This document shows, piece by piece, positions 1 through 8,931 of a stretch of DNA of 54,027 nucleotides. The DNA is taken from NCBI GenBank assembly GCA_012522765.1, contig JAAYJW010000372.1, positions 1-54,027 of the forward strand, read 5' to 3'. The notes under the pieces were generated by a model. That model did no database searches. It was not told the DNA's origin and was given only the letters and a program-made list of their open reading frames with translations. Both the position numbers and the translations under genes were made by a program. The stretch is from a candidate division WS1 bacterium (GTDB lineage: Bacteria; Armatimonadota; Zipacnadia; Zipacnadales; UBA5352). Position 1 is the stretch's first letter. Each line of letters starts with the position of its first letter.

Positions 1-38
1 ACGAAGATGCCTGCGGCGAGATAGGCTGTGGGGGTCAT
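1..38 (-). CDS. N-terminal fragment of a probable membrane transporter (ArsB/NhaD-like start), runs off the window edge
   Basis: ATG at 38-36 overlaps the TGA of the CBS gene (ATGA coupling). Reads MTPTAYLAAGIF, a hydrophobic start. Only 12 codons are visible, so the family is a guess. Confidence 0.35.
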   Translation of the reverse strand, partial: MTPTAYLAAGIF

Positions 39-502
39 GGATGGCACGCAATTCCGAGCGTCGGGTTTACAAGCTCACTGATGATGTGCTTGCGGCAGAG
101 GCGGCCGATGTATTTTCCCCCACTGGTGACGAAGATCTGCGGCTGGTGGTTGCGCGTGATAAGAAGCGCCGCCTGGGCCGCGAGTTCGTCCTCTTCTATC
201 GTAACGAAGTCCTCGGTGCGCATGATCTGCTCCACCCGGACGTCACGGAGTTCTTCGTCCGACAGGTTACGTAAGCCGTAACAGCGCGGAAGGTAGCTCA
301 GGCTGCCCAGTTCGGCAACCGAAGTTGGCAGTGCGAGGGCGAGGATGTCCTCTTCGCCGACCACTCCAAGCAGACGGTTGTCGGCGTCAACCACGGCGAT
401 GTTGCTGTGGGCGTAATCCGTCAGGAGTTCGGCTGCTCGTGTAATGTTGTCCTGAGGAGACAGGGTCGGAGCGTCGGTCTGCATCAGTTCTCGGGCGATC
501 AT
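35..502 (-). CDS. CBS-domain (tandem CBS pair) protein
   Basis: MIARELMQT..., VVDADNRLLGVVGEEDIL and RVEQIMRTEDFVTI are CBS motifs. AGGAGG RBS precedes the ATG at 502. Confidence 0.9.
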   Translation of the reverse strand: MIARELMQTDAPTLSPQDNITRAAELLTDYAHSNIAVVDADNRLLGVVGEEDILALALPTSVAELGSLSYLPRCYGLRNLSDEELRDVRVEQIMRTEDFVTIEEDELAAQAALLITRNHQPQIFVTSGGKYIGRLCRKHIISELVNPTLGIACHP

Positions 503-542
503 GGGGCGCCTCCTGTGCAGCAGCGAGCGGGGGCTTGGCATG

Positions 543-595
543 AAAAAACCGGTGTCCACCATGTGGGCGGTCGCCGGCGCAATTCGCACATGTGA
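543..595 (-). ncRNA. Candidate riboswitch with overlapping intrinsic terminator (resembles Na+-I / DUF1646 motif)
   Basis: Leader reads CAUGUG-CGAAUUGCGCCGGCGACCGCC-CACAUG-GUGGACACCGG-UUUUUU. The P1 stem CAUGUG/CACAUG is mutually exclusive with a CCGG...CCGG hairpin followed by U6. Confidence 0.5.
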
Positions 596-602
596 CGAGG
601 AT

Positions 603-631
603 ATTATAGCGTACGGGGGTGATGCGGGCAA
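603..631 (-). promoter_or_regulatory. Sigma70-type promoter for the CBS operon
   Basis: TTGCCC (631-626), 17-nt spacer, TATAAT (608-603) on the minus strand, just upstream of the structured leader. Confidence 0.65.
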
Positions 632-662
632 GGTGAAACGCGACGATTTCCACTGTACAAAC

Positions 663-774
663 CCGAGCCCGCCCTCGTCGCTGCTCCGACATCATCTGGG
701 GCTTTACGCCCCTCAGGCGGCTCGCGCGTCCTCCGCTCAAATCTTATTCAGTCGGTCAGCCTGGGCGGGCTCGG
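663..774. repeat. Nested inverted-repeat element / possible structured RNA
   Basis: Perfect 12-bp arms CCGAGCCCGCCC (663-674) and GGGCGGGCTCGG (763-774). They enclose GCTG/CAGC, CCGAC/GTCGG and a GGGGC-TTTAC-GCCCC hairpin. Confidence 0.6.
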
Positions 775-881
775 AGCGAAACGGCGATTGTCTCAGCCAA
801 AGGCCTCACTCCGTTCTGAGTAGCGGGTTGGCTGTACCACACCTATCCCACCTCGGGACCCCGCCACCTCACCGCACCTAT

Positions 882-909
882 ATTATACCTCTTCTGACGC
901 GGGTATCAA
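882..909 (-). promoter_or_regulatory. Sigma70-type promoter with no convincing CDS downstream
   Basis: TTGATA (909-904), 16-nt spacer, TATAAT (887-882) on the minus strand. Confidence 0.55.
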
Positions 910-1066
910 ACCCGTACTATCTCCTTCGATCTCCGACAGGGTACTCCTGCAAAGCAGAAAGCTTTTTTTATGCCGGCCTCGCAGGGTCTCCGCCATGTGC
1001 AGGTTGAGGGGGGCATTATGTCGAAGCAGGTCTCAGCAGGCCCAGGTTGAACGGGAGGATGTAAAG

Positions 1067-1843
1067 ATGGCAGAGCGAGTCTGTCCCGACTGTGGAGCGC
1101 GAGTCAATGATGCGCGATTCTGCCCCGATTGCGGGCGTCCGCTTACGGGACCCGAGGGCGCCGAGCAATCGGGGACTGAACTGGCTGCCGAGCCGCCGCC
1201 GGAGCCTGCCGCACAGGCTGAAGAATCTCCGCCCCCGCCACCTGCGCCTCCGGCCGATCAGCCGGGGGTATCTGCCGACGGACTCGAGCCTCAGGGGCCG
1301 CATCAGGAGCCGGAGTATGCCGGAGCGACCGCACTACAGCACGCGGCCGCGGATATCCAGCGCAGTCGCGTGCCTGCTGATGGGCTGCGGCGCTGTCCGG
1401 ACTGCGGAGAGGCAGTCTATGAGGGCGAGCGCGTCTGCTGGGGCTGTTCGAGACGGCTTCTGCCGCAGCAGGAGGCGCCTCCGGCGGGTGTTGCGGGTGG
1501 ACCTCCGATAGCGGGAGGCCCGGCTGTTGAGCCGGGAACTCTGCAGACCCGGGCGGCTGAGCCGCAGGAACCCGCCGCTCCTCGCGCTTCCGATGAAGCG
1601 ATGGCGTACGCGTGGTGGTCGTTCGGCCTCGGGCTGCTTTCGGTATTCAGTTGCGGTCTGCTCGGGCTGGTCGGAATCGCCTCGATCTGGCTGGGGCTGA
1701 TCGCGCACCGAAGGAATGCCGGTCCGGTGGCGATAGCCGGAGTGGTGGCGGGCGTCATCGGGCTGCTCATGCTGCTCGCCTGGGCGGTGGCGATGGTAGT
1801 GATGATGCCGAGGATCTTCCCTTCGGGGCCGATGCACATATGA
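1067..1843 (+). CDS. Double zinc-ribbon, Pro-rich linker, C-terminal two-TM (DUF4190-like) membrane protein
   Basis: CPDCG...FCPDCG and CPDCG...VCWGC ribbons. C-terminal segment AWWSFGLGLLS...AIAGVVAGVIG. GGGAGG RBS before the ATG at 1067. Confidence 0.8.
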   Translation: MAERVCPDCGARVNDARFCPDCGRPLTGPEGAEQSGTELAAEPPPEPAAQAEESPPPPPAPPADQPGVSADGLEPQGPHQEPEYAGATALQHAAADIQRSRVPADGLRRCPDCGEAVYEGERVCWGCSRRLLPQQEAPPAGVAGGPPIAGGPAVEPGTLQTRAAEPQEPAAPRASDEAMAYAWWSFGLGLLSVFSCGLLGLVGIASIWLGLIAHRRNAGPVAIAGVVAGVIGLLMLLAWAVAMVVMMPRIFPSGPMHI

Positions 1844-1869
1844 CCCTGTAGCGATCGGAGGGCTCACTG

Positions 1870-2904
1870 ATGCGGCTGTTGCCCGTTGCGCTCATGATCG
1901 TGGCAGTTCCGGCCTTCGCACAGATGGCGCCGGCACCAGAGGAAGCTCCATCGCTGCTCGCGGGAGAAGCGCTACCGGACTGCCGCGTACTCTCCATCCC
2001 GGTGCTTGCCGGGCATTGCTACGCCCTTCCACGGCTGCTTGAGGGGCTGCAGTCTCCTGATGCTGACGTGCGCGCCCGCTGTTGCTTTCTCCTCGGGCAG
2101 ATTGCCGCTCCGGAGGTGCGTGATCCACTTGCCGCGCGATTGTCCGATGCGGACCGCAGTGTGCGTGAGTTCGCAGGCATTGCACTGTCGCGAATGGGCG
2201 ACATGCGCGGCGCACATGCCGCTGAGGCCGCATATCAGGGCAACCGGTGGTGGGTGAGATTCTGGGCCGTAGAGGCGCTGGGCATCGTGGGGATGATCCC
2301 GGCGGAGGTGCAGAATGACCCCGATCCGCTGGTGGGCCGCCTCGCGGCTGAGGCTCGGGAGGCGCAGTGGGAGCCGTTCGTGGCCGAGGTGTGTTACAGC
2401 GGCCCCGCTGACCTGACGCTGGACGAAGTGATCTTCGGACTTAGTAGCTACCTGATCGCTGAGACCGACTGGTGGTGGCACGCAGGGGACTATCCGCAGA
2501 TCCTGCGCGCGCAGGAGACGATCCTGTGGCTGGACCCGCAATGGACTGAGGGTTACGGCCTGGCCGGCTATCTCTACTGGAGTCTCGGGCGCAATACGGA
2601 GGCGGTTGGCACGTACCGGCGCGGAGTCGCCGTGGTGCCGGAGGCATGGGAGACGCATTTTGAGCTTGGCTTTTACTACTACAACGCGTGGAAGCGGTAT
2701 GAGGAGGCGGTGCCGCATTTCGCGCGCGCGCGTGAGCTTGGAGCGCCATCAGCGCAGGCGCGGCTGCATGCGCATGCCCTCGAGCACGCCGGACATCCGC
2801 GCGAGGCACTGGAGGTGTGGCGCGAGTTGCTTGCCGCCGATCCGAACAACGGCGTGCTGCGCCTGAACATCGAACGGCTGGAGGCACAACTTTCTTCGGG
2901 TTGA
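1870..2904 (+). CDS. Exported HEAT-repeat + TPR protein
   Basis: Signal peptide ending AFA-Q, HEAT repeats (DADVRARCCFLLGQI, DRSVREFAGIAL) and C-terminal TPRs (THFELGFYYYN, EALEVWRELLAADPNN). Confidence 0.8.
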   Translation: MRLLPVALMIVAVPAFAQMAPAPEEAPSLLAGEALPDCRVLSIPVLAGHCYALPRLLEGLQSPDADVRARCCFLLGQIAAPEVRDPLAARLSDADRSVREFAGIALSRMGDMRGAHAAEAAYQGNRWWVRFWAVEALGIVGMIPAEVQNDPDPLVGRLAAEAREAQWEPFVAEVCYSGPADLTLDEVIFGLSSYLIAETDWWWHAGDYPQILRAQETILWLDPQWTEGYGLAGYLYWSLGRNTEAVGTYRRGVAVVPEAWETHFELGFYYYNAWKRYEEAVPHFARARELGAPSAQARLHAHALEHAGHPREALEVWRELLAADPNNGVLRLNIERLEAQLSSG

Positions 2905-2929
2905 CCATGCAGCGGCTTGATGGTAGGAT
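2901..2929 (+). promoter_or_regulatory. Sigma70-type promoter for the OPT-like gene
   Basis: TTGACC (2901-2906), 17-nt spacer, TAGGAT (2924-2929) with a TGn extension. Confidence 0.55.
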
Positions 2930-3050
2930 TGTTTTTGTTATGTGATGAAGGTCCCGCCTCCCCCGGCGGGGAATGGAGTTTGCGTTCGCAGCCCCAGTTG
3001 AAGTCGAGGCCCCGGATTCGCGCTTACGGCCAAGAACTTGGAGTAATGTC

Positions 3051-5036
3051 ATGGCATTGAGAGAGACGCAAGAGCTTGCCGAGTACAGATCACTGATGGA
3101 GGCACCCGACAGCTATGAAGATGGCTTCGGGTGGCAGACTGTAGTCGGTGCATTTTTTATCGGCTTCATCATGATGCCCGGCTCGATCTACCTCGGGCTG
3201 GTAGCCGGGCAGACGATGGGCCCTGCTGCAGAGTGGACGACGATCATCCTCTTCACGGAGATCGCGCGCCGCTCGTTCGCACAGCTCTCGCGGCAGCAGA
3301 TCTACATCCTCTACTACATCGCCGGTGGCCTCACCGCGATGTATGGCGCGGTACACCTCTCCGGTGGAGCGTTTGCCGGTCTGATCTGGGCGCAGTTCTT
3401 GCGCGCCCAGGCACCCGGATCGCTCGGCGAGCAGGTGCCCAACTGGGTCTCCCCGCCTCCCGAGTCCGAGGCCATCACGCTGCGCACCTTCGCGCATGCG
3501 GACTGGGTCCCGGCGATCACGGTATTGCTGCTCACGCAGGTCTTTTCGCGTGTCGCGTGGTTCACCCTCGGCTACTCGCTCTTCAGAATCCTCTCCGACG
3601 GAGAGCAGCTACCCTTCCCGATGGCGCCGATCCAGGCGCAGGGCGCAACTGCCCTCGCCGAGGCGTCGCACAAAGAGGAGACATGGCGCTGGCGGATCTT
3701 CTCCATCGGCAGCATGATCGGGATCGGCTTCGGCATCATCTACCTGGCGGTACCTACGCTGACCGGCGCGGTGCTTATCCAGCCCGTCTCGATCCTGCCG
3801 ATCCCGTGGATAGACTTCACTCAGGGCACGGAGCGCTTCCTGCCCGGTGTGCCAACGGGTATCGGCACGAACCTCGCGACGCTCATGCTGGGCTTTGTGC
3901 TGCCGTTCTGGATGGTCGTGGGCAGCTTCCTTGCTGCGCTCACGACGGCGATCGTCAACCCGATCGCGCAGCACTACGGTTACCTGCCAACATGGCGCCC
4001 AGGCATGGAGACGACGCGAACGGCATGGGCGGGCAGCATTGACATCTGGCTCTCATGGGGTATCGGGACCGCCTTCGCTGTGGCGGGCATCGGCATCTAC
4101 AAGAGCTACCTGCAGTGGCGTGAGGCGAAGCAGTCGGGTAGTGAAGCGTACGCTTCGCGAGTGGGTTTCGGGCTGCCGGTACCGGGGCGCGGTGACTTCC
4201 GCGTATGGGTGATGATAGCGCTCTTCTTCGCCGCCACTACCGGGTATGTGGTCCTCTCCCGGATCCTGGTGCCGCAGTTCCCGCTGGTGTTCCTACTCAT
4301 CTTCGGGTACATCTGGACCCCGCTGGAGTCGTATATCAACGCACGAATGGTCGGCCTGACCGGTCAGTTCGTGTCTATACCGATGATCCGCGAGGCGACC
4401 TTCATCCTGTCCGGGTATAAGGGCGTGGATATCTGGTTCGCGCCGATTCCACTGTCCAACTACGGGGCGCAGGTGCAGCGCTTCCGCGAGATCGAGTTGA
4501 CCGGGAACAAGTTCACTGCGGTGCTGAAGGCGGAAGTCATGATGTTCCCGATCATGCTGGTCACCAGCTTCCTCTTCTGGGGCTACGTCTGGCGGCTGCA
4601 GCCGATCCCGTCAGTTTACTACCCGTACGCTCAGAAGATGTGGGACTACCAGGCGCTCACCCAGTGGGTCTGGTTCTCCTCGACCACCGAGGGTGGCCAC
4701 CAGGAGATCTTCCAGCGCGCCATCAAGCCGTGGCTGATGGTCGGTGGACTGGTCTTCGGCGTCGGGGCATACGGCTTCCTCAACTGGCTGCGCCTGCCGG
4801 TCATGACAATTTACGGCTGGATCCGCGGCCTCGGAATGCTGCCACACATGATCGTGCTGCAGTTCATCGGCGCGCTCATCGGCCGGTACTATCTGCGCGA
4901 GCGCTTCGGTGAGGAGAACTGGCGGCGCTGGCCTCCGGTGCTCTACGCGGGCTTCACCTGCGGCATGGGTTTGATCGCAATGCTGGCAATCGCCATCGTG
5001 CTGATCAAACAGTCCATCACGCAGATGCCCTTCTAA
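3051..5036 (+). CDS. OPT/YSL-like polytopic membrane transporter (peptide transporter family)
   Basis: About 16 hydrophobic segments with OPT-type motifs MPGSIYLGLVAG and EQLPFPMAPIQAQGATALAE. GGAG RBS before the ATG at 3051. Confidence 0.75.
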   Translation: MALRETQELAEYRSLMEAPDSYEDGFGWQTVVGAFFIGFIMMPGSIYLGLVAGQTMGPAAEWTTIILFTEIARRSFAQLSRQQIYILYYIAGGLTAMYGAVHLSGGAFAGLIWAQFLRAQAPGSLGEQVPNWVSPPPESEAITLRTFAHADWVPAITVLLLTQVFSRVAWFTLGYSLFRILSDGEQLPFPMAPIQAQGATALAEASHKEETWRWRIFSIGSMIGIGFGIIYLAVPTLTGAVLIQPVSILPIPWIDFTQGTERFLPGVPTGIGTNLATLMLGFVLPFWMVVGSFLAALTTAIVNPIAQHYGYLPTWRPGMETTRTAWAGSIDIWLSWGIGTAFAVAGIGIYKSYLQWREAKQSGSEAYASRVGFGLPVPGRGDFRVWVMIALFFAATTGYVVLSRILVPQFPLVFLLIFGYIWTPLESYINARMVGLTGQFVSIPMIREATFILSGYKGVDIWFAPIPLSNYGAQVQRFREIELTGNKFTAVLKAEVMMFPIMLVTSFLFWGYVWRLQPIPSVYYPYAQKMWDYQALTQWVWFSSTTEGGHQEIFQRAIKPWLMVGGLVFGVGAYGFLNWLRLPVMTIYGWIRGLGMLPHMIVLQFIGALIGRYYLRERFGEENWRRWPPVLYAGFTCGMGLIAMLAIAIVLIKQSITQMPF

Positions 5037-5063
5037 GGCTCAGCAGCAACCACGTGAGTACCC

Positions 5064-5098
5064 ACGGCGCCGCCCCACTCCAGGAGCGGCGCCGTTTG
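5064..5098 (+). terminator. Intrinsic terminator
   Basis: ACGGCGCCGC / GCGGCGCCGT stem followed by a short T-run, directly after the OPT-like gene. Confidence 0.55.
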
Positions 5099-5140
5099 GT
5101 ATTTGAGGCATCGCACGGGGGGCTCTGAGGAGGACCAGCG

Positions 5141-6103
5141 ATGAGAATACCCCTCTCCCTGTCAGTTTACGAACACGCCGCCGCGATCATCGGCGTGACG
5201 CCGTGGGAGGCCTCGGGCGACCCGGAGCTGTGCTACCGTGCCCATCGCGAGGCGTGGCTGCTCTACGGACATTTTCCCGTTGTTGTTGGCATAGACATAT
5301 ACAATCTGGAGGCGGAAGCCTACGGCGCAGAGGTGCGGCGGCCGAGCGGGACGGGGATTCCGGCTATGACCGAGCCGATAGTGGCCTCAGCCGAGGAGGG
5401 GTTGGCCCTTCCGCCACTCGATCCGGCACACGGTCGCATCCCGATGATGATTGTGGTTGCGCGCAGGCTCGCGGAGGAGTTCGCTGAGGCGGATGTGCGC
5501 CTGCCGGTCAGCGGGCCGTTCTCGGTGGCGCAGAGCCTGCTGGGCCTCAACGCTCTTCTGGAGGCGGTCGCACTGGAGCCGGACGCGGTGCGCGCGCTGC
5601 TCGAGCATCTTGTGACCGGCCAGACGCGTTTCGCGGGGGCGGTGGTGGAGGCAGGGCTGCAGGTAGCGTTCTTCGAGTCGGCCGCGGCGCCTCCGCTGCT
5701 GTCGCCTGCGCAGTTCCGCGCGATTGAGGCGGGGCCGCTCCAGCGCGTGATGCGTGAGGTGGGGGAGATCTGTGGCCGACCGGTCCCGTGCATCATCGGG
5801 GGCGATACTGCGCCGCTTGTGCCGGAACTGCTGGCGACAGGCACTGACTTCCTGATTTGCCCCGCTGAGACCGATCGCCAACGCTTTCTTGCGGCTACGA
5901 TGGGGGCTCCTGAGGTGAAGGTGCGGGTCAACCTCGACCCGCCGGTGTACATGCAGGGGACTGAAGCGGAGATAGCCGCGGCAGTGGATGAGGTGGTGGA
6001 ACTGGCGAGGCTGCGGCCGAATGTGCTGCTGGGCACCGGCGCCATCCCGTATGAGACGCCGCCGGAGAAGCTGCTGTTTCTGAAGAGCTACTGCGAAGGC
6101 TGA
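5141..6103 (+). CDS. Uroporphyrinogen decarboxylase / MtaA-CmuA family protein
   Basis: DIYNLEAEAYGAEV, GRIP, VSGPFSVA, LLSPAQFR and LLGTGAIPYETPPEKL. GAGGAGG RBS. Confidence 0.85.
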   Translation: MRIPLSLSVYEHAAAIIGVTPWEASGDPELCYRAHREAWLLYGHFPVVVGIDIYNLEAEAYGAEVRRPSGTGIPAMTEPIVASAEEGLALPPLDPAHGRIPMMIVVARRLAEEFAEADVRLPVSGPFSVAQSLLGLNALLEAVALEPDAVRALLEHLVTGQTRFAGAVVEAGLQVAFFESAAAPPLLSPAQFRAIEAGPLQRVMREVGEICGRPVPCIIGGDTAPLVPELLATGTDFLICPAETDRQRFLAATMGAPEVKVRVNLDPPVYMQGTEAEIAAAVDEVVELARLRPNVLLGTGAIPYETPPEKLLFLKSYCEG

Positions 6104-6106
6104 AGT

Positions 6107-6937
6107 CTACTGGTCGGGTGGTGGGGCCTCTGCGCCATCTGATTCCTGCACCGGCGCCGCCTGTTCGGTGGCCGGAGGGCTCTCCGCATCCTCGTCGTGG
6201 TCACGGCGCCTGCCGACGCCTGTTACCTGCTCGGCCTGGATCCAGTCCTCCTCGGTCGAGATGACGGCCCTCGGGCAGCGGAACTCGTCGCCCCGGTCAG
6301 TGACGATGCGGACATCGCCAGTCAGCGTGATCAGGTCCTTCTTCTCCTCGTAGACGGCGGTGTCAGCGTAGGCGGTCTTGTCCTCCTGCACTGCCTTCAC
6401 GCGCCCTGTCGCGGTCACCACCTCGACGTCCTCGCCGTACTGATAGACGATCTTCTCGCAGGTGATCGTCGTCTGGTCTTCCCACAGTTCCTCAAGATCG
6501 CGCGGCGGGGCGTCCTCATCCGTCTCTTCCTCAGGCTCCGCCGGCTGCTGGGTAGAATCCTGTTGCTTCTGAGTGACCGCCGTCACGTTGCCTGTGATCG
6601 TCGCGACTTCGTCATCGAAGTTCGCCTCAATGAGATCGCCGGTGATGGTGGTCTCAGGGTCCACCACGCGCGGGTTCCCCTTCGCGACCGCGGAGTTGGC
6701 GTCGTAGTCGTAGACTGCTTCATCGCAGTAGAGCTTGATCTCCTTATGAGAGAAGACCACGTTGCCGTCGAGGTAATACATCCCCTCAACCGGATCGTAG
6801 CGAAGGTGATCGGCCGACTCGATGCGCGCGCGATCCTCGTCCTCCGTGATACCGTCCGGCTCCTCTGGCTCCTGTGCCAGAGCCGGCATCAGCGGCAGGA
6901 CGATCAGCGCCATCAGCATGAGCAGTGGTCGTGTCAT
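6107..6937 (-). CDS. lptA: LptA/OstA-like periplasmic beta-jellyroll protein
   Basis: Signal peptide; repeated motifs YLDGNVVFSH, LYCDEAVYD, AVAKGNPRV, ATGRVKAVQ, AYADTAVY and ITLTGDV. Overlaps lptC by ATGA. Confidence 0.7.
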   Translation of the reverse strand: MTRPLLMLMALIVLPLMPALAQEPEEPDGITEDEDRARIESADHLRYDPVEGMYYLDGNVVFSHKEIKLYCDEAVYDYDANSAVAKGNPRVVDPETTITGDLIEANFDDEVATITGNVTAVTQKQQDSTQQPAEPEEETDEDAPPRDLEELWEDQTTITCEKIVYQYGEDVEVVTATGRVKAVQEDKTAYADTAVYEEKKDLITLTGDVRIVTDRGDEFRCPRAVISTEEDWIQAEQVTGVGRRRDHDEDAESPPATEQAAPVQESDGAEAPPPDQ

Positions 6938-7614
6938 CTCAGTCTGCCAAGCTCCTCCCGCACCGCGTCAACCGTGAAGACCGCCTGTATCGAGTCGAGC
7001 GTATATGCGTGCGTTTGCAGGCTGTAGACCAGGTTGCGCCCGGTTAGTTCGCCCTGATCGGTACGCAGTCTTACGCGACTGGTAGTACGGACGATCTCCT
7101 CAGGAACTACCACGTCAAGATTCTCAGTTCGCAGCGTCATGCCCTCAGAGCGCATCGTGACCTCGCCGGGGCAGTGGAGCGTCTGCGCATCGGGCACCCA
7201 CTGCACGCGCGGGGTGGTGATGATCGCCCCGCGCTGCGAGACGACTCTCACGCCACCGGTGATGTCGAAGCTGCGGTCGCTGGTCTGGTAGGTGGCTTTG
7301 CCGGCGGAGATGCGCACCACCGGTTTGCCGCCCTGGTAGACGAGGCCCTCTTTGAGACCGCTGGCCGCAACAGCGCGCCCGCCGCCGGTGATCTGGACCT
7401 CCTCGATATTGAGCCGCCACTGGGGCGTTCCGCCGCGGCTATGCTCGACCGTCGACTCGCGGATGGATACCGCGGGGGCCCCCGGATCGCGACGCTCAAC
7501 TGCGTCATCGCCGGAGCGCTGCTGCACCAGCCGCACAACAAGAACGGTCGCAGCAGCAGCCGCAATCACGATGAGCAATCCCGCAACGATCCTGCGCCAC
7601 CCGGTCGTCAGCAT
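6934..7614 (-). CDS. lptC: LPS export periplasmic protein LptC-like
   Basis: Single N-terminal TM followed by QWRL, ISAGKATY, ITGGVRVVS, ITTPRVQW and LTGRNL beta-strand motifs. Confidence 0.7.
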   Translation of the reverse strand: MLTTGWRRIVAGLLIVIAAAAATVLVVRLVQQRSGDDAVERRDPGAPAVSIRESTVEHSRGGTPQWRLNIEEVQITGGGRAVAASGLKEGLVYQGGKPVVRISAGKATYQTSDRSFDITGGVRVVSQRGAIITTPRVQWVPDAQTLHCPGEVTMRSEGMTLRTENLDVVVPEEIVRTTSRVRLRTDQGELTGRNLVYSLQTHAYTLDSIQAVFTVDAVREELGRLR

Positions 7615-7699
7615 CGCCTGATCCGCAGCCTCATATCCTGTTGACGCCTGCGATAGGCGCCGCGTTCATCCGGCCGCAAGCAGGGCGGCGGGATGGGTT

Positions 7700-8926
7700 T
7701 CACTGTACTGTGAGCATGAAGTTGACGTCCTCGACGATCACGCCGCCGGGCGGCACTGCTAACTCGCGCGAGATGTTGCGTCCCTCGAACTCGACCGTGA
7801 TCTGATACTGCCCCGGCGGCACAAAGAGCGCGTAATGACCCGACGCATCGGTTGTGTCGCGGTCGAGGACGGTTCCGCTATCGAGACGGGTCGCGGTCAC
7901 CGTCGCGCCCGCATTGTCTGGTGCGCCGCTGAGTGTGACGGTCCCCGTGACGGTAAACGGGTCGCCGGGCGGATCGTCGGCGCGTTCAAAGATCTCGATG
8001 GTGATCTCGCCAATCCCCGGGAGTATCTGCAGCGTCTGGTGGTAGTTCTCGTAACCCTCGGCCGATACCAGCACCTCCTGGTCGCCAACAGGGACATCCG
8101 GGGCGACGAAGCGCCCATCAGGTCCGGTGACAGCAGGAGTGCTCCCGCCGATTGAGACCTCGGCTCCCTCGATCGGCCCCTGCGTGAAGACGTCCACCAC
8201 GGTGCCGGGGACGTCAATCGTGGTGTCGCCCGCCACGAGTTCAATCTGCAGGTCGGCGTTCTGCCCTGCGGCATCGGCGACGATGCGCACTGTGCCCGCG
8301 TCCGGCAGATAGCCTGCAGCCTGAGCCGTGAACATTCGATCGCCCGCGGGAACGCCGCCGATGATGAACTCGCCTGTGTTGTCAGAGAAGCCGCCAACGC
8401 GCGCGCCATCTCCAGTTGGTGGCGCGAACTCCACGAACGCGCTCGTTATCGGCCCACCAGTCACTTCGTCCACGACGATCCCGCCGATGGTGCCAGTAGT
8501 GGCGAGGTCGGCGGGTGTAAGCTCCACAGTGACCCAGGTGGCGGCAGTGACGGCCATCTGTACCTGCTGGACGCTCGTCACGTAGCCCTCCGCCGTTACT
8601 GTAAGCGGCTGGGTCGGCGGGGTGCCTGAGCCGACGGGGACGTTGCGCAGCACAAGTTGCTCGTCGCTCGGCTGGAGTAAGCCCCTGACGCCACCGGCGA
8701 TGACCGTCGCCGGGACCTGCAGTGGCGCGCTGGTGTCGGCATCCACCACGATGACCACGACCGCGCCGCCCGGCTCCACGCCGTCGGATGGTGGCAGGCC
8801 GCCGCAACCGGCGTTCAGCGTCACCAGCGCACACAGCGCGACAAGCATGATGACTTTGCAGCGCGTCAACGCTTGATCTGCCGCGTTAGAATCGAGTTTC
8901 GGTTTCCTCGCCAATGCCGCCATCAT
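7700..8926 (-). CDS. Lipoprotein with tandem carboxypeptidase-regulatory-like (prealbumin-fold) domains; start uncertain
   Basis: Lipobox LNAG-C; repeated G-x-V-x-D...PI-GA-V...T...G-F...VP-G...A-GY units. Confidence 0.8.
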   Translation of the reverse strand: MMAALARKPKLDSNAADQALTRCKVIMLVALCALVTLNAGCGGLPPSDGVEPGGAVVVIVVDADTSAPLQVPATVIAGGVRGLLQPSDEQLVLRNVPVGSGTPPTQPLTVTAEGYVTSVQQVQMAVTAATWVTVELTPADLATTGTIGGIVVDEVTGGPITSAFVEFAPPTGDGARVGGFSDNTGEFIIGGVPAGDRMFTAQAAGYLPDAGTVRIVADAAGQNADLQIELVAGDTTIDVPGTVVDVFTQGPIEGAEVSIGGSTPAVTGPDGRFVAPDVPVGDQEVLVSAEGYENYHQTLQILPGIGEITIEIFERADDPPGDPFTVTGTVTLSGAPDNAGATVTATRLDSGTVLDRDTTDASGHYALFVPPGQYQITVEFEGRNISRELAVPPGGVIVEDVNFMLTVQ

Positions 8927-8931
8927 CCGTC

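Noticed and set aside
655-880. tmRNA, SRP, RNase P, 6S, guanidine-I or c-di-AMP identity for the structured intergenic region
   Set aside because: The diagnostic conserved sequences were not found by eye; the region is kept only as an unidentified element.
5141-6103. hemE assignment
   Set aside because: It lacks the N-terminal RQAGR motif of true UROD and has no tetrapyrrole genes nearby.
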